Positions 51,841 to 64,000 of a stretch of 64,000 nucleotides of DNA are shown piece by piece. Both the position numbers and the translations under genes were made by a program. How positions within the stretch are numbered: position 1 is the first letter of the stretch; each line of letters opens with the position of its first letter. The stretch spans positions 52,182-116,181 of the forward strand of contig MU271257.1 in assembly GCA_021432655.1 (NCBI GenBank), in the 5' to 3' direction. The stretch comes from Atractiella rhizophila. Its lineage: Eukaryota. The notes under the pieces were generated by a model. That model searched no databases. It had not been told where the DNA came from and saw only the letters and a list, made by a program, of their open reading frames with translations.

Positions 51841-52114
51841 GGCTAGGGGCGTGCAAGCTACTTCTGGGATGGAGCTGTCGAATGGGGAAATAGGCTGGGG
51901 AGAGTGATCATCTTTATACCAGATCTCAGACGGCGGATCGTGGGGGCCGGCAAGTGCGGAGTACGGTCCGCCACGTACAGTGCTACAAAAGGCACGCAAA
52001 GCAGCATGAGAGCAACGATTCAACACTGAAAATTACCCCAAATCATCCACCAGGATCAGAGTCTAGCTTCGTCGTCTTGTTGGTCAGGAAAGTAAACAGG
52101 AAAAGTTAAACAGG
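51841..52114. promoter_or_regulatory. 274-bp bidirectional promoter shared by the aldolase and the dehydratase
   Basis: Divergent ATGs; minus-strand TATAAAG at ~51912-51918; SYGGRG hexamers at 51895, 51940 and 51956; clustered CGG triplets. Confidence 0.6.
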
Positions 52115-54223
52115 ATGTCAATTACAGGATTCAAAGTCGAGGATTTGCGATTCCCGACATCCTTGAGCGGGGATGTAAGTGGGCAAATACCTCCTTAGCG
52201 CAATGCGCGGAACTGATGGAGGGAAATGAAGGGAACAGACGCGATGAACCGCGATTGCGATTATTCGGCGGCGTATGGTGTGTTTTGTCCTTCGAATAGA
52301 CATCCCACGCCCACAAAGCGCGTGGGAACATGCCGAAAATCGTGTTAATTGCATTGACTCAAATTGGGCCCAATATTCGCCAGCATGCTCGTCGCATCAA
52401 TGCGTCGCCTTGTCCCTTAGAGCGTGGACTGTCTGACATGTGGTTCCCCTGGCACAGTGACCTTGAACACGGACAAAAATGTTGCTGGGTATGCCTCTAT
52501 CCCGTGTTTGGAAAGAGTTGACGATGATCGGAGATCAGCTCTGGCATGACTTTCACCATCGGTCGCGGGAACGACATCGTCTGCATGGCCGTCACTCAGG
52601 TTGCTGAGAAACTCGTCGGGAGATCCCTTCCTTCTCTCCTTGACAATATGGGAGCAAGTTGGGACTACCTCCTCTCCGATCCACAATTTCGTTGGATTGG
52701 CCCTGAGAAAGGAGTGATCCACATCGCCATCGCCGCCGTTGTCAACGCGTTATGGGACCTAAAGGCCAAGTTGGCCAGAAAGCCTCTCTGGAGGCTTATA
52801 GTTGATATGACGCCAGAGGAGTTCGTCCAAAGCACTTCGTTCAGGTAAGCACACTTGGACGACAAGAAAAATCGTAATGTATGAGGTTTCAGGTACATAT
52901 CGGACGCAATCACAAAAGAGGAGGCACTTACTCTTTTGAAAGAAAAGGAAAAAACGAAGCAGGAAAGAATTGATTTGGTGACCAAAATTGGCTATCCTGC
53001 ATATACTACCTCCGTTGGTTGGATAGGTGCGCAGTTCACTAGGGTCTTCACCAAGCTGAACGAAAACCCAGGCTACAGTGATGAAAAGGTCATTCGCTTG
53101 ACGAAAGAAGCGATTGCTCAAGGATTCAACCATTTCAAAGTCCATTCTCATTACCTGCGCCGCAGAGGTGTTAGCTGACTGGCCCGCAGGTAAAAGTTGG
53201 GATCAGCGTAGAAAACGATCTTCAGCGTCTACGACTCGTTCGTTCAGTCATAGACGATCCAGCTAACTTTGCCAACCGGGAGAAACCCGATCCAGCAACG
53301 ATTGAAGGCAAAAATGCCGGTCCAACCGGCGCGGTTCTCATGGTAGATGCAAATCAAGGTGTGTGATCGCTTCTAAAGTGGGGGTTCTGGATGCTTACCA
53401 GCTGCTGACCTGCCTACCAGTTTGGGACGTCCCACAAGCGATTGAATGGATGAAGCAGCTCGAAGAAATTAAACCCTGGTTTATTGAAGAGCCAACGGCC
53501 CGTTAGTCGACCTTCCCTTGCTCCTCTTATTACTGCGTCATTGACTCTTTTGCACAGCCGATGACATTTTGGGTCACGCGCGCATCAGAAAGGAACTAAA
53601 ACCATATGGAATTGGTGTTGCGACGGGGGAGCACGCTCATAATAGGTAAATAATAGCCGTTTCCGAGGCAAGGAGGGATGGGAAGACGTTGACACTTTAT
53701 TCTACTCAGGATGGTCTTCAAACAACTTCTGCAGGCAGACGCTATCGATGTCGTTCAAATCGATTCTTGCAGAGTTGCTGGAGTGAATGAAATCCTCGCT
53801 ATTCTGCTCATGGCCGCGAAGTTCGGTAAAATCGTCAACCCTCATGCTGGTGGAGTCGGTCTATGTGAATACGTCATTCACTGTACGCTTCTCTTCTCTT
53901 CAGCATAGTCGAACTCATTCTCTTGCAGTATCACTCATCGACTACATTTGCGTCTCAGGATCCATGACAAGGAACGTACTTGAGTAAGTGCTAGTTTTGC
54001 TGTGTTAGAATTTCCTTGACTCCTCGCCAGATACGTTGATCATCTTCACGAACATTTCCCAAACAAATGTACCATCAATCCTCAAGGACGCTATAACGTT
54101 CCACAGAACCCCGACGAGGGATATTCGATCGACATTTATGAAGAAAGCAAAGCAACTTATCGCTTCCCCGACGGGAAGTACTGGAGTTCAGAAGAAGCTA
54201 AGAAAGCGCATGGGTTGAAATGA
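52115..54223 (+). CDS. L-galactonate / L-fuconate dehydratase (enolase superfamily; GaaB/LGD1/ENOSF1-like)
   Basis: [83 protein letters not shown]. Confidence 0.92.
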
Positions 54224-54294
54224 TGGTATTTGGAAATTGTGTATTTGTATCCAATATCTAAGTATTCGTGCAAATGTCAAATGTTCTGTGCATG

Positions 54295-55569
54295 TCACAG
54301 GTCTGGAAGAAACCCAAAATCCCTCGACAAGATCTCCCAAATTGCCCCTTCAGTCATGGGAACCTTCTGCACGTTCTCAAAACCTCCAGAAGATCCATGC
54401 CTTGAATAATACTCTCCGGCTTCTGGATCCCTCTTGGAGTCAAATACCAAGCTCCACCTAGTTCCGGAGGGCAAGAGCCGTGAGATACTCATGAAATGCG
54501 AAAAGTAAGCGGAGGGACAATGACTCGTGAAGCTAGAATAGTGATATCGTGATATCATGATTAAGTTCATCTACATTGAACAACGAGGAAATATGCTCAC
54601 TAGTTGACGATTTCCCAATCAAATTGGGTGCACGACAAGTTGACAAAGTGATAAAGAGGGCTGCTGTACCGGTCTTTCTTCTCCAAAAATCCTTTCTCGA
54701 ACGTTCGGTATAAGGTCCAGCTGATTCCGGCATCTTCATAGGGAAGGAACTGTTTGTCTGCGCCAGGGAGAGACTCTTTTAGCAGAAAGAATGATTCATC
54801 GTCCGTAATTGATTCTGATTGCACATCATGTGCCAAGAGTATCCTACCTGAGAATTAGCCTTTCAGCTTTAATAAAAAGGGATGCAGACGGATAAGGCGA
54901 TCCACCACCGCCAAATCCCACATCACACAGCCACTCTCCTTCTTCGCCAGGAACGGAGACGATGAGAACCTGATGGTTATTCATACCCGACCAATCGTAA
55001 CCTACTTCCTTAGGGTCCTTATTTCTCAGCATGTAAACTCGGGCTGGAACCTGATCCTTAGACATCAACACTTGCTATGCTGCGTCATGCAAAGGAGACC
55101 CGCCTGAGCAACTCTGAAACCTATGGAGCGAAGGACTGCCGCGAACTGTATCCTTGTAAGGAAGAGATAAAATGCGAGAGGAACAACGCGCCAGTCCATT
55201 GTTGGCAAAGCAATACCTGAAAGCTATAGCTCATCATCTATCGTCGTAAGAGGCGAAGTGTGCGCACCCTCCCCTCCTAAGCTCTACGATTTGTCTATAA
55301 CAGTGTTGTACATCAATATTGACACCTTCGCCTCCGCCCCAACGGAAGGGGGTCTCAGAATCTTGAGGATCGCGGCCAATTGTCTTTTTCAGATGCATGC
55401 GAGAGGTATCAAACGGTATGTTCGTTAATGTCGAGAACTGGAGAGCTCGAAGATACTCCGAAGAAGGATCTTCTGGCTTGCTCGAGAGTGAGACTCGCGT
55501 CAGGTAGGAGCTCACTTGTTCAGGTGTGAGGAGAGGGTAAGAGGTCCAAGAGGCTGATGGTGTCGTCAT
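54295..55569 (-). CDS. Arylamine N-acetyltransferase
   Basis: NIPFD, RRGG|YCFANN (catalytic Cys), NHQVLIV (His), WLCDVGFGG (Asp). Confidence 0.88.
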
Positions 55570-56249
55570 CTGTGATATCTAATATCTAGTGCCAAAATAA
55601 GCGCGTCAATCTCAAGTATTACATCTTTTTATCAGAGTCAATAGTCTCAGGCTATAATTGATCAAGAGAGACTACTGAAGTCAATACGACAGCTGACGCT
55701 ATCATACTAGTACGCTCTCACTCCCAAACACTTAAGCATGATGGAAGGGCATCCACGGAAAAGTACGAGTTATATCACACACCTTTCTATCTCCTACGGT
55801 GGTAAAAAGTCTGAACTTGAACCCAGAAGCTTGACTAGAAGCTTCGAGGTGTTGTGGATATTTGAACCTGAAGTCACCGTGCTGACTCGCCAGTGACTCG
55901 AGCTCGACACTTCGCGAGGTATACATAATCAGTTGTGACTGTGCTACACACAGGACAGACAGTCGTGTAACACAGTTTGTCTCGCGTATGGAGACCTTAA
56001 TAATTATCGTCTTTTTTCCAGTTTCTACTAGTTCCATGACTGTGAGCATCAGTTGTTAATCCGAACCAAACTACATTGTTGACTTATTCGATTGTCGCAG
56101 AATACCATGTTGATGGGTACATCTGGAAGACGTTTGTGCACACACAGGAATAAAAACCACCTGAGGCAGAAATTTGCTAATATTCGAGACATACATTGTT
56201 AAGAATCTTTTTACAGTTTAGAGTAGCTCACTTTTCAACACATATGAAC

Positions 56250-57188
56250 TTACGTGCCCCCCAGCCTACTTCCTACCCCATCCGTACCCTGCACTTTCGT
56301 ATGATCTGCCGGGTTGGCTTTCAGCTCATAAACAGTAATCATAGGTTGTTCCTTCGAAAAAACAATTAGCAAGAAATAAGAATGGCGAAAAGGGCAGAAA
56401 TGACGAAGAAATAATGAGACGAACCTTAAATTCTGAGAATTCGCCTTTGAAACCGATGTAGTAGACACGCGTGGAATCCTCTCCGTGGTTTGAAGGAAAG
56501 AACAGCGACAGATTCTTCACCACTGGAAATTTTGCCACTCTGTGAGTTTTATCAGAAGGATCAGCGCCAACTGGAGTTCAGAGACAGAAGGAGTAAGGAG
56601 AAGGAGGACCTTAATGGATATTCTACCGCTTCTCGCGAGATTGGAATGTCGATTTCTTGGGTTCCAACCGATGAATCAGCTTCATTGAAATCTAGCGTTC
56701 GGTTCGAAAACTTGGTCGTGATTTCAATAAAATGTCTCCATTGTTGAGAAAGACGCACAATTTTGAGCTTGTTTGCCGTGTTTCCTGACAAAATGTCAAA
56801 GGTCATGAATGTTTCAGAACGAAGGAGGGATACACACCGGAAGGTCCAGATTTAACTATTATTGAGCGCAGCTTCACATTACCCGTGAAAGGGACCTGAA
56901 TAATGAGCTGCTCGTCCGCGTCGCTTTCTACAAACTGCCCATCCAGACCAGAGGAAAATCAACAACATTGTTTTCTTGTCTAAGCTCTGCAACATGACGA
57001 ACCTTGCTCTCATCTAATCGTTCATCCCAAGGCTTGAACACATTTGTGGCCTTGTTTTCAACGGCATTCAAGAACTGCACGTTCTCGATATCAATCTTGC
57101 TAAACAGCAAATCCTGCGTGCCTTCCCCTGCGACAAGGTGTGAGTCGTCGTTTTCGTGGCCGCAGTGCGCGTCGTGGACATGTGGCAT
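56250..57188 (-). CDS. PITH-domain protein (PITHD1-like)
   Basis: VFKPWDER, SDADEQLIIQVPFTGNVKLRSI, TRVYYIGFKG, VYELKANPADH. Confidence 0.88.
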
Positions 57189-57430
57189 CCTGCTCACTGG
57201 CCAGAAATTTCAGAAGGTCTCCAATTCGCGTAAAAGTCAGATATAAGTCAAAGGATTGATAAAGGGTGGAGCAAGCGGTCACGTCCGATCATCCAAAACA
57301 GGAAGTTGGCCGGAGATAAACGGAGAATGTCTCGACGTAATTTCGTTGTTCCATTTCCATTTCAGGACAGGTGCAGGCAGAAGAGATATTAGATATTTAG
57401 GCCTGATTTCTTTGCCACAAAGCAACGACA

Positions 57431-60400
57431 ATGCAGCGCACGAACTTGTTACTGATACTTTCTTTGGCGATACTGATCATCCTGGTATTTGCGCCAACCG
57501 CAAATGCTTTTGGTGAGTTCAATCTTGAAAACCGTTAGTCAGGACGTTTTGGTGATGTTTGATATGGAACAGGTGCTGGCAATATTCCTAGTTTCGCCTA
57601 TCTCGAAGGTATGCATTGCACAAAATGTCCAGAGATGAGTGATAAATTTGCGGCACCAGGCAAGGCGTTCAGGCATGGAGATATCGAAGGTTTGTGTTCA
57701 CTTTATGGAAGATCTCTCGCTGATCAACAATATCATCTTGATAGATATACTAGAAGGAATCAAGAAAGGTGGTGGATTGTTGGGGAGAGGAAAGTTTGGA
57801 GGATTGGGTACGTTTCCCTTTTTTTCACCAATTTTGATGAATTTTGATCGATGTGGCAATAGATGTGAAACGGGTATACTTTGGCAACTGGTACAGTTTT
57901 CTACTGTTCTATCTGGGTTATCGAAAATTCTGAAAGACTTAGCTGACAATGTGTGTTGTAAAGGCTTAGAGATTACAGTCAAGCGATGGACGTTGCTGGC
58001 CTCACTAAGCTATCTAAACAAACGATCATCAACTTATGCATGGTGCTCGGCTTTCTGGCTCACGGATATGTAGGTTTCTGAAATTTCCCAGAAGAGTAAA
58101 TGTGACAATCATCAGGCAACTGGAGAATTCGAGGTCACAGAAGAACGACTTGGCGTTTATCTGCCTGTCGAGCATGTAAGCTGTTTTTCGGCAGCTAGTA
58201 GATTGCGACTTTCTTACAACATTCGCGACTGGTTGACAGATCGACAATCCCAAGGATTACAACTCGAACAAAGATGCACGTACGGTTCATCCGCAGCTGA
58301 GACCACCTGTGGAACCTCGCGAACTTGAGGTTTGTCTCACCGCCTTCTCTTCTTTCCAAGCGCTCATCGATAAATTCTCAGATCGACCCTCGAACGGGAA
58401 TGAAGGTTTATCCATGGTCTACGCCCAATCAGACTTGTGTATGTTGACAACAGTTTAGAATTACATTGCGAACGAAACCGGCGGTTGGGATACCTCCTCT
58501 GCACTCATTCGCCGAGTCCTTGAAAAGTGCATTGAAACTGGAAGGAGGTATAGGGCATCGAAAAATATTGCAGATGAATACGAGAGTTATCGGCTGTTAG
58601 GTACCGCATTGCATACTTTGGAGGATCTGGCAGCTCACTCGTACGTTACTGTCAGCGTTGCAGAGATCTGTTGAAATGTGACACAGTAATTGGTGCGAGA
58701 TTTCACTTGTACGCTTGGGCTATCGGAAGGTGTTTTGCCATGTTGGAGATGCTGGTACGTAGCCCCCTTCCACATTTTGCATGGCATTAAAGAAGTTCCA
58801 TTGACGGCACATTGCAAGTGATCATTCAAACGCCAAACGGTCCCGCTCCCCCTCTCGTCACGGGCACATTTGGGAGCGACGATTTTATCCATTCCCTCCT
58901 TGGAGAAGCAGGTGACAAGTTGAGCGAGGCGTCCGTCAGCGACTTGAATAAGGCTATCGACAATGTACTGCCATCCTCCCCCTCTTGGCGGAGCACAGTT
59001 TGACGATGGGTTATGGATAGGCCCACAACACTACAGATAGAGGAGGCGGAGGAGATACCCTGAGGAACCTCATATTCTCTTTACCTGGGGGAATTGGAAA
59101 CGATCCGGAGCTCAGTAGGGGAATGGCAGAATGTGAAGGTGCGCCGTTCAATTCTTTCCCTGTAGTTGCCATAGGAATAGCTCACTACTTCCATAGGTAT
59201 AAGATCGAGAGCGGCGAATATAGATCCGTCCCAAATGAGTCCTCAGGACTTGCATGCTACACTTTGGAAGGTCCTGACGTTTCGTGACAACGTACGTATT
59301 CTCTGGGTTAGAGTTCCTGAGAGTTGCTGATGACACCTGGTAAGGTCGTGAAATCAATCGAGAATACCATCGAGAAGATTCCTGGCTTGAGTACTTTGGT
59401 TGGGAAGATCACAGACTCTATAAACAAGTGTACGCGTCCCCACCTTACCACGTTAAGGAATACAGGACTTGAGAACTGAAAGATGCACGTTCTACCAGTC
59501 GTCTTTGTAACGCTGGAACCTTACCTCAAGGTAGGCTTCTCAAAAATACACTGAACGTGTTGTGATGCGTTCTGTTGTCTTAGCCTCTCCTTTCTTCTGC
59601 TACCGGAGCGCTCCAAACAGGGTCAGCGGAGATCCTCAACAATTCAGATCAGGTCCGTCACACTTGCTGCCCATTAGGATATACTAATCAACTTTTAATG
59701 ATTTTAGTTTCAAGTCTTCGATAACCCTCAAGCTAGTGATCCAACTCATTCGTTTTTGTCGAAAGATCACTTCAACTTGATTCTGAACGAGGTGTGTCCT
59801 GTCGTTCAGCTTTCGGGCTAGGATTGACCCGTTCCGTAGCCTGCTGGAAACCTCGCAAAGATCATCGTGAACCATACGGTGAACTTAGTGGTAAAGGTAT
59901 ATCGCTTGTTTTCTGTTGAATAATCGCAGGCCTGAAAGCCCTTGAAGGCATGGGAAAAGTCAGATGTAAACGTTCGCCAGACTATCGATACTATCCTGGA
60001 GGCGCTCCACCACCCCTACTTTCTGAACGAGCGATCAGCAGTGCAAAAGGAAATGGGTGCGTTTTCGTCCCTCCCTCCTCCCCTGTGATCCAGAGCTGAA
60101 GAGATTGCTCCAGGCACTTATATGAAGCAATGGATCGAAGGCATGTCTCCAGCAGACAAGGAATTTATCTTGAAAGGACTCGAGCGGGTATACTTTCTTC
60201 TGCTCGACCATCCAGAGCTTGTTAACCGATACTATCTGATTTGTGAATAGGATTCGGTGCGAGCAGGGAAGAACAAACGAAAGGGTTCCAAGGAGGAACA
60301 AGTCGGCCATGGCCAGAACGGGCAATACCAATCTTTCCTACCGCCTCCTTCCGAACTGTTAGGGAAGATAGGCCAACAAGCGAATGCCAGCATCCCAGGT

Positions 60401-60904
60401 TTTTCTCAAGCTACTTCGTACTTCCAGTCAACCCAAGGAGTTGGACGCGACATGCCTTCTCCATCCTATGCTCCTCCGCCTGGCCCACCAAGGGACTTCA
60501 ACACCCGAGAATTCGCGCCTCCTCCTGGACCACCCAGTGGATATTCTTCGCCTCCCATTCGTCCCCCATCTCCTTCGAGATACGGCGGATCGCCTACTTC
60601 TTATGGACCGCCTCAGCCGCAGCATCATCAGCATGGGCACCACGAACATCACGAACGCAGGGACTATAGGGGGGAGTCGCTCAGCTACTACGATACGAAT
60701 ACGAATACAAGTTATGCTCCCCCTGGAATGCCCCCACCGGGGGCACCTCCGTCTGCCATGCCTGATGCCTCTTCCTACGGTGGATATGGAGCGCCTCCCT
60801 CTGGCCCTCCTGCTCCCGGTGGATTCCCGGATGCTCAGAACTATGGCGGGTATAATCCTCAGTACTATGGTGGAGGACAACAAGGAGGAAAGCCTTGGTA
60901 TTGA
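57431..60904 (+). CDS. Het-C family protein with Gly/Pro/Tyr-rich C-terminal tail
   Basis: Signal peptide, AFGAGNIP..AFRHGDIE, YFGNWLRDYSQ, EHIDNPK, LHTLEDLAAHSNW, PLVTGTFG, DPTHS..SKDHF; about 20 introns. Confidence 0.92.
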
Positions 60905-61643
60905 GAATTGAGACAATGAACGATTGGAATTCTTTACGAGCAGAATGTTGTAAGGCTTTGAAACAATGTTGATCGAAACAAAGTGTAATTAGGCTCTCTT
61001 TTATAGACATTTGATTATCAAATAACTATCTCTCCATATTATTCTCCTTGTGCATAAGTCGCTAGTATACTGTGAAACAGTGGACGGTTCAGCATCACGT
61101 GAAGATTTTCTGACGCGCATTTCGTTACTGAAACCCAAAAAACGACGGCAATGTTGGTGGGACATATCATTTTCTTATCCTGTGGTCAACTTGACATGGC
61201 TCATGCACCCACGTCGCTGGAATGCATGCTCCAGTGGCGAATTTAGGGAAGCTTTTCGCGACGCGTAAAACTCCAACTGCTTGTTTTGGTATGATCTCAT
61301 TTGGAGAGCGGGACATGGGAAAGGGGGGAAGCTTTGACCCTATAAAACCACCAAGTCTTGGTTTCTCGCCACCATTCTGCTCGTCTTTCCGATATCTCTG
61401 TTGGTGCTTGGTGCTCCTCCGTTGCTTCGTTTTCTGCTCAATCTGCCCGTCAAGTCTGAAGGACTGGGCGATCGAGCGATAGAGCATATCAACATCTTCC
61501 TTCTTCGCTCTTTTGAGATCACACTACTTTACTTCGTATCATAGTCGTATAACATATCATTTTCTCGAGACTCCGCACAGCAACAACACGACCCTCTTCT
61601 CCTCAAGTCGAACAAGATGTCTCGAGTTCCTCAACCGTACAAG

Positions 61644-62109
61644 NNNNNNNNNNNNNNNNNNNNNNNNNNNNNNNNNNNNNNNNNNNNNNNNNNNNNNNNN
61701 NNNNNNNNNNNNNNNNNNNNNNNNNNNNNNNNNNNNNNNNNNNNNNNNNNNNNNNNNNNNNNNNNNNNNNNNNNNNNNNNNNNNNNNNNNNNNNNNNNNN
61801 NNNNNNNNNNNNNNNNNNNNNNNNNNNNNNNNNNNNNNNNNNNNNNNNNNNNNNNNNNNNNNNNNNNNNNNNNNNNNNNNNNNNNNNNNNNNNNNNNNNN
61901 NNNNNNNNNNNNNNNNNNNNNNNNNNNNNNNNNNNNNNNNNNNNNNNNNNNNNNNNNNNNNNNNNNNNNNNNNNNNNNNNNNNNNNNNNNNNNNNNNNNN
62001 NNNNNNNNNNNNNNNNNNNNNNNNNNNNNNNNNNNNNNNNNNNNNNNNNNNNNNNNNNNNNNNNNNNNNNNNNNNNNNNNNNNNNNNNNNNNNNNNNNNN
62101 NNNNNNNNN
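61644..62109. other. Assembly gap (N run)
   Basis: Run of N. Confidence 1.
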
Positions 62110-64000
62110 CAACCGCTTGGTCCTCCCGACCCCTCTCGCGCAGGTTCGAACACACCCCTCAATCCAGCTGACTATCATTACCCGAACTAGTGACGGCACC
62201 ACCGACAGACTCTTCCTCCCCCTCCCCTGTAGCCTGCAAGACCGTAGAGGCCTTACCAGCTCTACGCACATGCAAAGCTAACGGGCGGCAGTGCTAAAAC
62301 CCACCTACTCGCCCTGCATCAGCTTCACCACGGGCAGAGGTAAAGATCTGCAGTACACAACTCTTTGTCGCCCTTCTCTTGTTCACTACTGCTTGGGTCT
62401 CGCGCTCCGGGCTATAGAAGGAGAAGCAACTTTAAAAGGTTCAAAGAGCGAGCTATGAAGCAGTTGTTCTTTATTTTCTGGAAAAGGGTTAAAAAGGATA
62501 GGCTACCTCTAACAATCGCCATTGAAAATGGACTTTACTTCTTTCTGTTTGAGGAAACTCTAGTTGCGTAGATGTTATTGGGAGAGACCTCCTAACATGG
62601 TGTTTTGGGACTCTAACCGCTCTTATAGCTGCAGCTACAGAAGTTAAGATAGCTACCCGGAAAGTTAGAGAACGCCTCAGCCGCCGAGGTTCATGAACCC
62701 CGGTTGAGCTCCTCCAGCAGAGCACTTGGTTCCTACTCGTGCTTACGGAAGGTAGACAGAGTTATTGCCTGGCAATGCTACCCCCTTGACTCCCCTTCGC
62801 TTTACCTCACTTTGCGTGCCATTAGGCAAAGAACCCCAGTTGGAGGTTGTAGGAAGACTAGTTCAGGACATGGTAAAGACCTTCAAGTGCCCCGTACTAT
62901 TTAAAGGGTTGGAACTGGAATCTATTCTCCCAAGACTATAAGAGTAGCAGCTTACCTTCAGCCGGATGCGTGGTCACGTTCTTCAAATAATTGCTCCACT
63001 TGCTTGTAACTTCCATCGTTCCCTCTCTTGCGTGGTTGCTCTTCGCGCTTCTCTTACTATGGTGTCCTGGTCTATAGCCTTCTTCTCGGTACTATCACGC
63101 ATGGGACGAGGCGGTTTAAGTTGAAGTTAAGCTCTACTCTACTTCCCGCTGCTTGTCTCTGCTAAAGCCCTGACCGCATCACTCCTGATGGCGTCGACCA
63201 GAGGTTGTTAAATAAGAGAGAAAGGTTACGACGGTAGGGTTTTAGTCGCTAGAACTACAAAGATAGGGACAAGGTATTTTATCGTAGTAATGTTGAATGT
63301 GAAGGTTCCGTCTTGCACCTTTCCCTCAGTTTCCCCTGTTCTCCATGATTGAACAGTTCGTCTTCCAAGAGTCCGAATTCCAGTGCTACCGTTTATAATT
63401 TGGACACCGTCATCAGCTACGGCCTTTATTCAACAACCTTCATAACTTCGCGAAGTAGAAGAGGATTAGACGGCGCTCTCTGTTCTATCAGTTTGTCGAG
63501 GGGCGGAAGGTGTATAAGGTACTACTCTATGGACCTGCTTCCGGGCTTGAACAGTTATACATGTGTATCTCCCCTAGTCCCTGCGGCCCTTATCTCTCCT
63601 CTCTGTTTGTTAAGCGAGGGGCAAAGGGTGTGCAGCATGTTCGCTTCCTACAAGCCTACAAGCTATTCGAAGTACTAGTGTTAGAGAGCGATAATTGTGT
63701 TGTTCTGGTTAAGCAGTCTCCTTTCTCTCTGAACCCTTTTCTATTATCCTTGCTTGGAGTTACGGGGTTGTAGTAGAATAGCCGAAAGCGCGGCCGAAGT
63801 AAATAGCTGTAAGAGCTTAAGTTGTCGTCGACGGACCCCTGCTAGAAGCAAGACGGGAGTACCGGTGATCCAGCTTCAGGAGGCGACGCCGCAGAAAGGA
63901 TCATACGTCCACAAGGAGAGAGAGCCTACTTTCGTTGAAGTGGATCCTTCTACTACTCCCGCTCCAGTTATACCCATTCATATTCCGCACGTGGAAGACG
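62110..64000. mobile_element. Possible degenerate repeat or transposon relic
   Basis: Gap-adjacent, no spliceable gene, visibly TpA-rich with frequent TAG/TAA; no domain recognised. Confidence 0.3.

Noticed and set aside
54295..55569. NAT as a member of the sugar-acid cluster
   Set aside because: Convergent and close (about 70 bp between stop codons), but with no evident biochemical link.
61513..62271. Long ORFs spanning the N gaps (also 365-1179)
   Set aside because: Artefacts of translating N.
1..64000. CRISPR arrays, rRNA, or prokaryotic operons and defence systems
   Set aside because: Spliceosomal-intron eukaryotic DNA; no repeat-spacer array or rRNA signature seen.

Overview
Gene-dense, intron-rich fungal DNA, most likely a basidiomycete (Rrm4, MP88-type mannoprotein and Het-C orthologues; introns mostly 45-70 nt). 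The six-frame track fragments nearly every gene, so I spliced about 25 gene models by hand. They include three paralogous F-box-like proteins, a CFEM protein, an acyltransferase-3-like protein, Rho3, MP88, a 5'-nucleotidase, a nucleotide-sugar transporter, Vps25, ALDH, Rxt3, Get5, Bfr2, Rrm4, an MFS + DHDPS-aldolase + L-galactonate-dehydratase cluster, arylamine N-acetyltransferase, a PITH protein and Het-C. Most notable: (1) a hidden family of two-TM micropeptides, one member of which carries a 246-nt GT..AG segment. Spliced out, it restores the two-TM peptide; retained, it encodes a PPPY-motif tail whose stop codon is the 3' splice site. (2) A ~585-bp MITE with perfect 29-bp TIRs just upstream of rrm4. 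(3) Unusual splice-site usage: many AAG acceptors, back-to-back GC-AG introns and micro-exons. (4) Three head-to-tail duplications that look like two haplotypes assembled in tandem. All calls come from manual reading and translation; no database searches were run.
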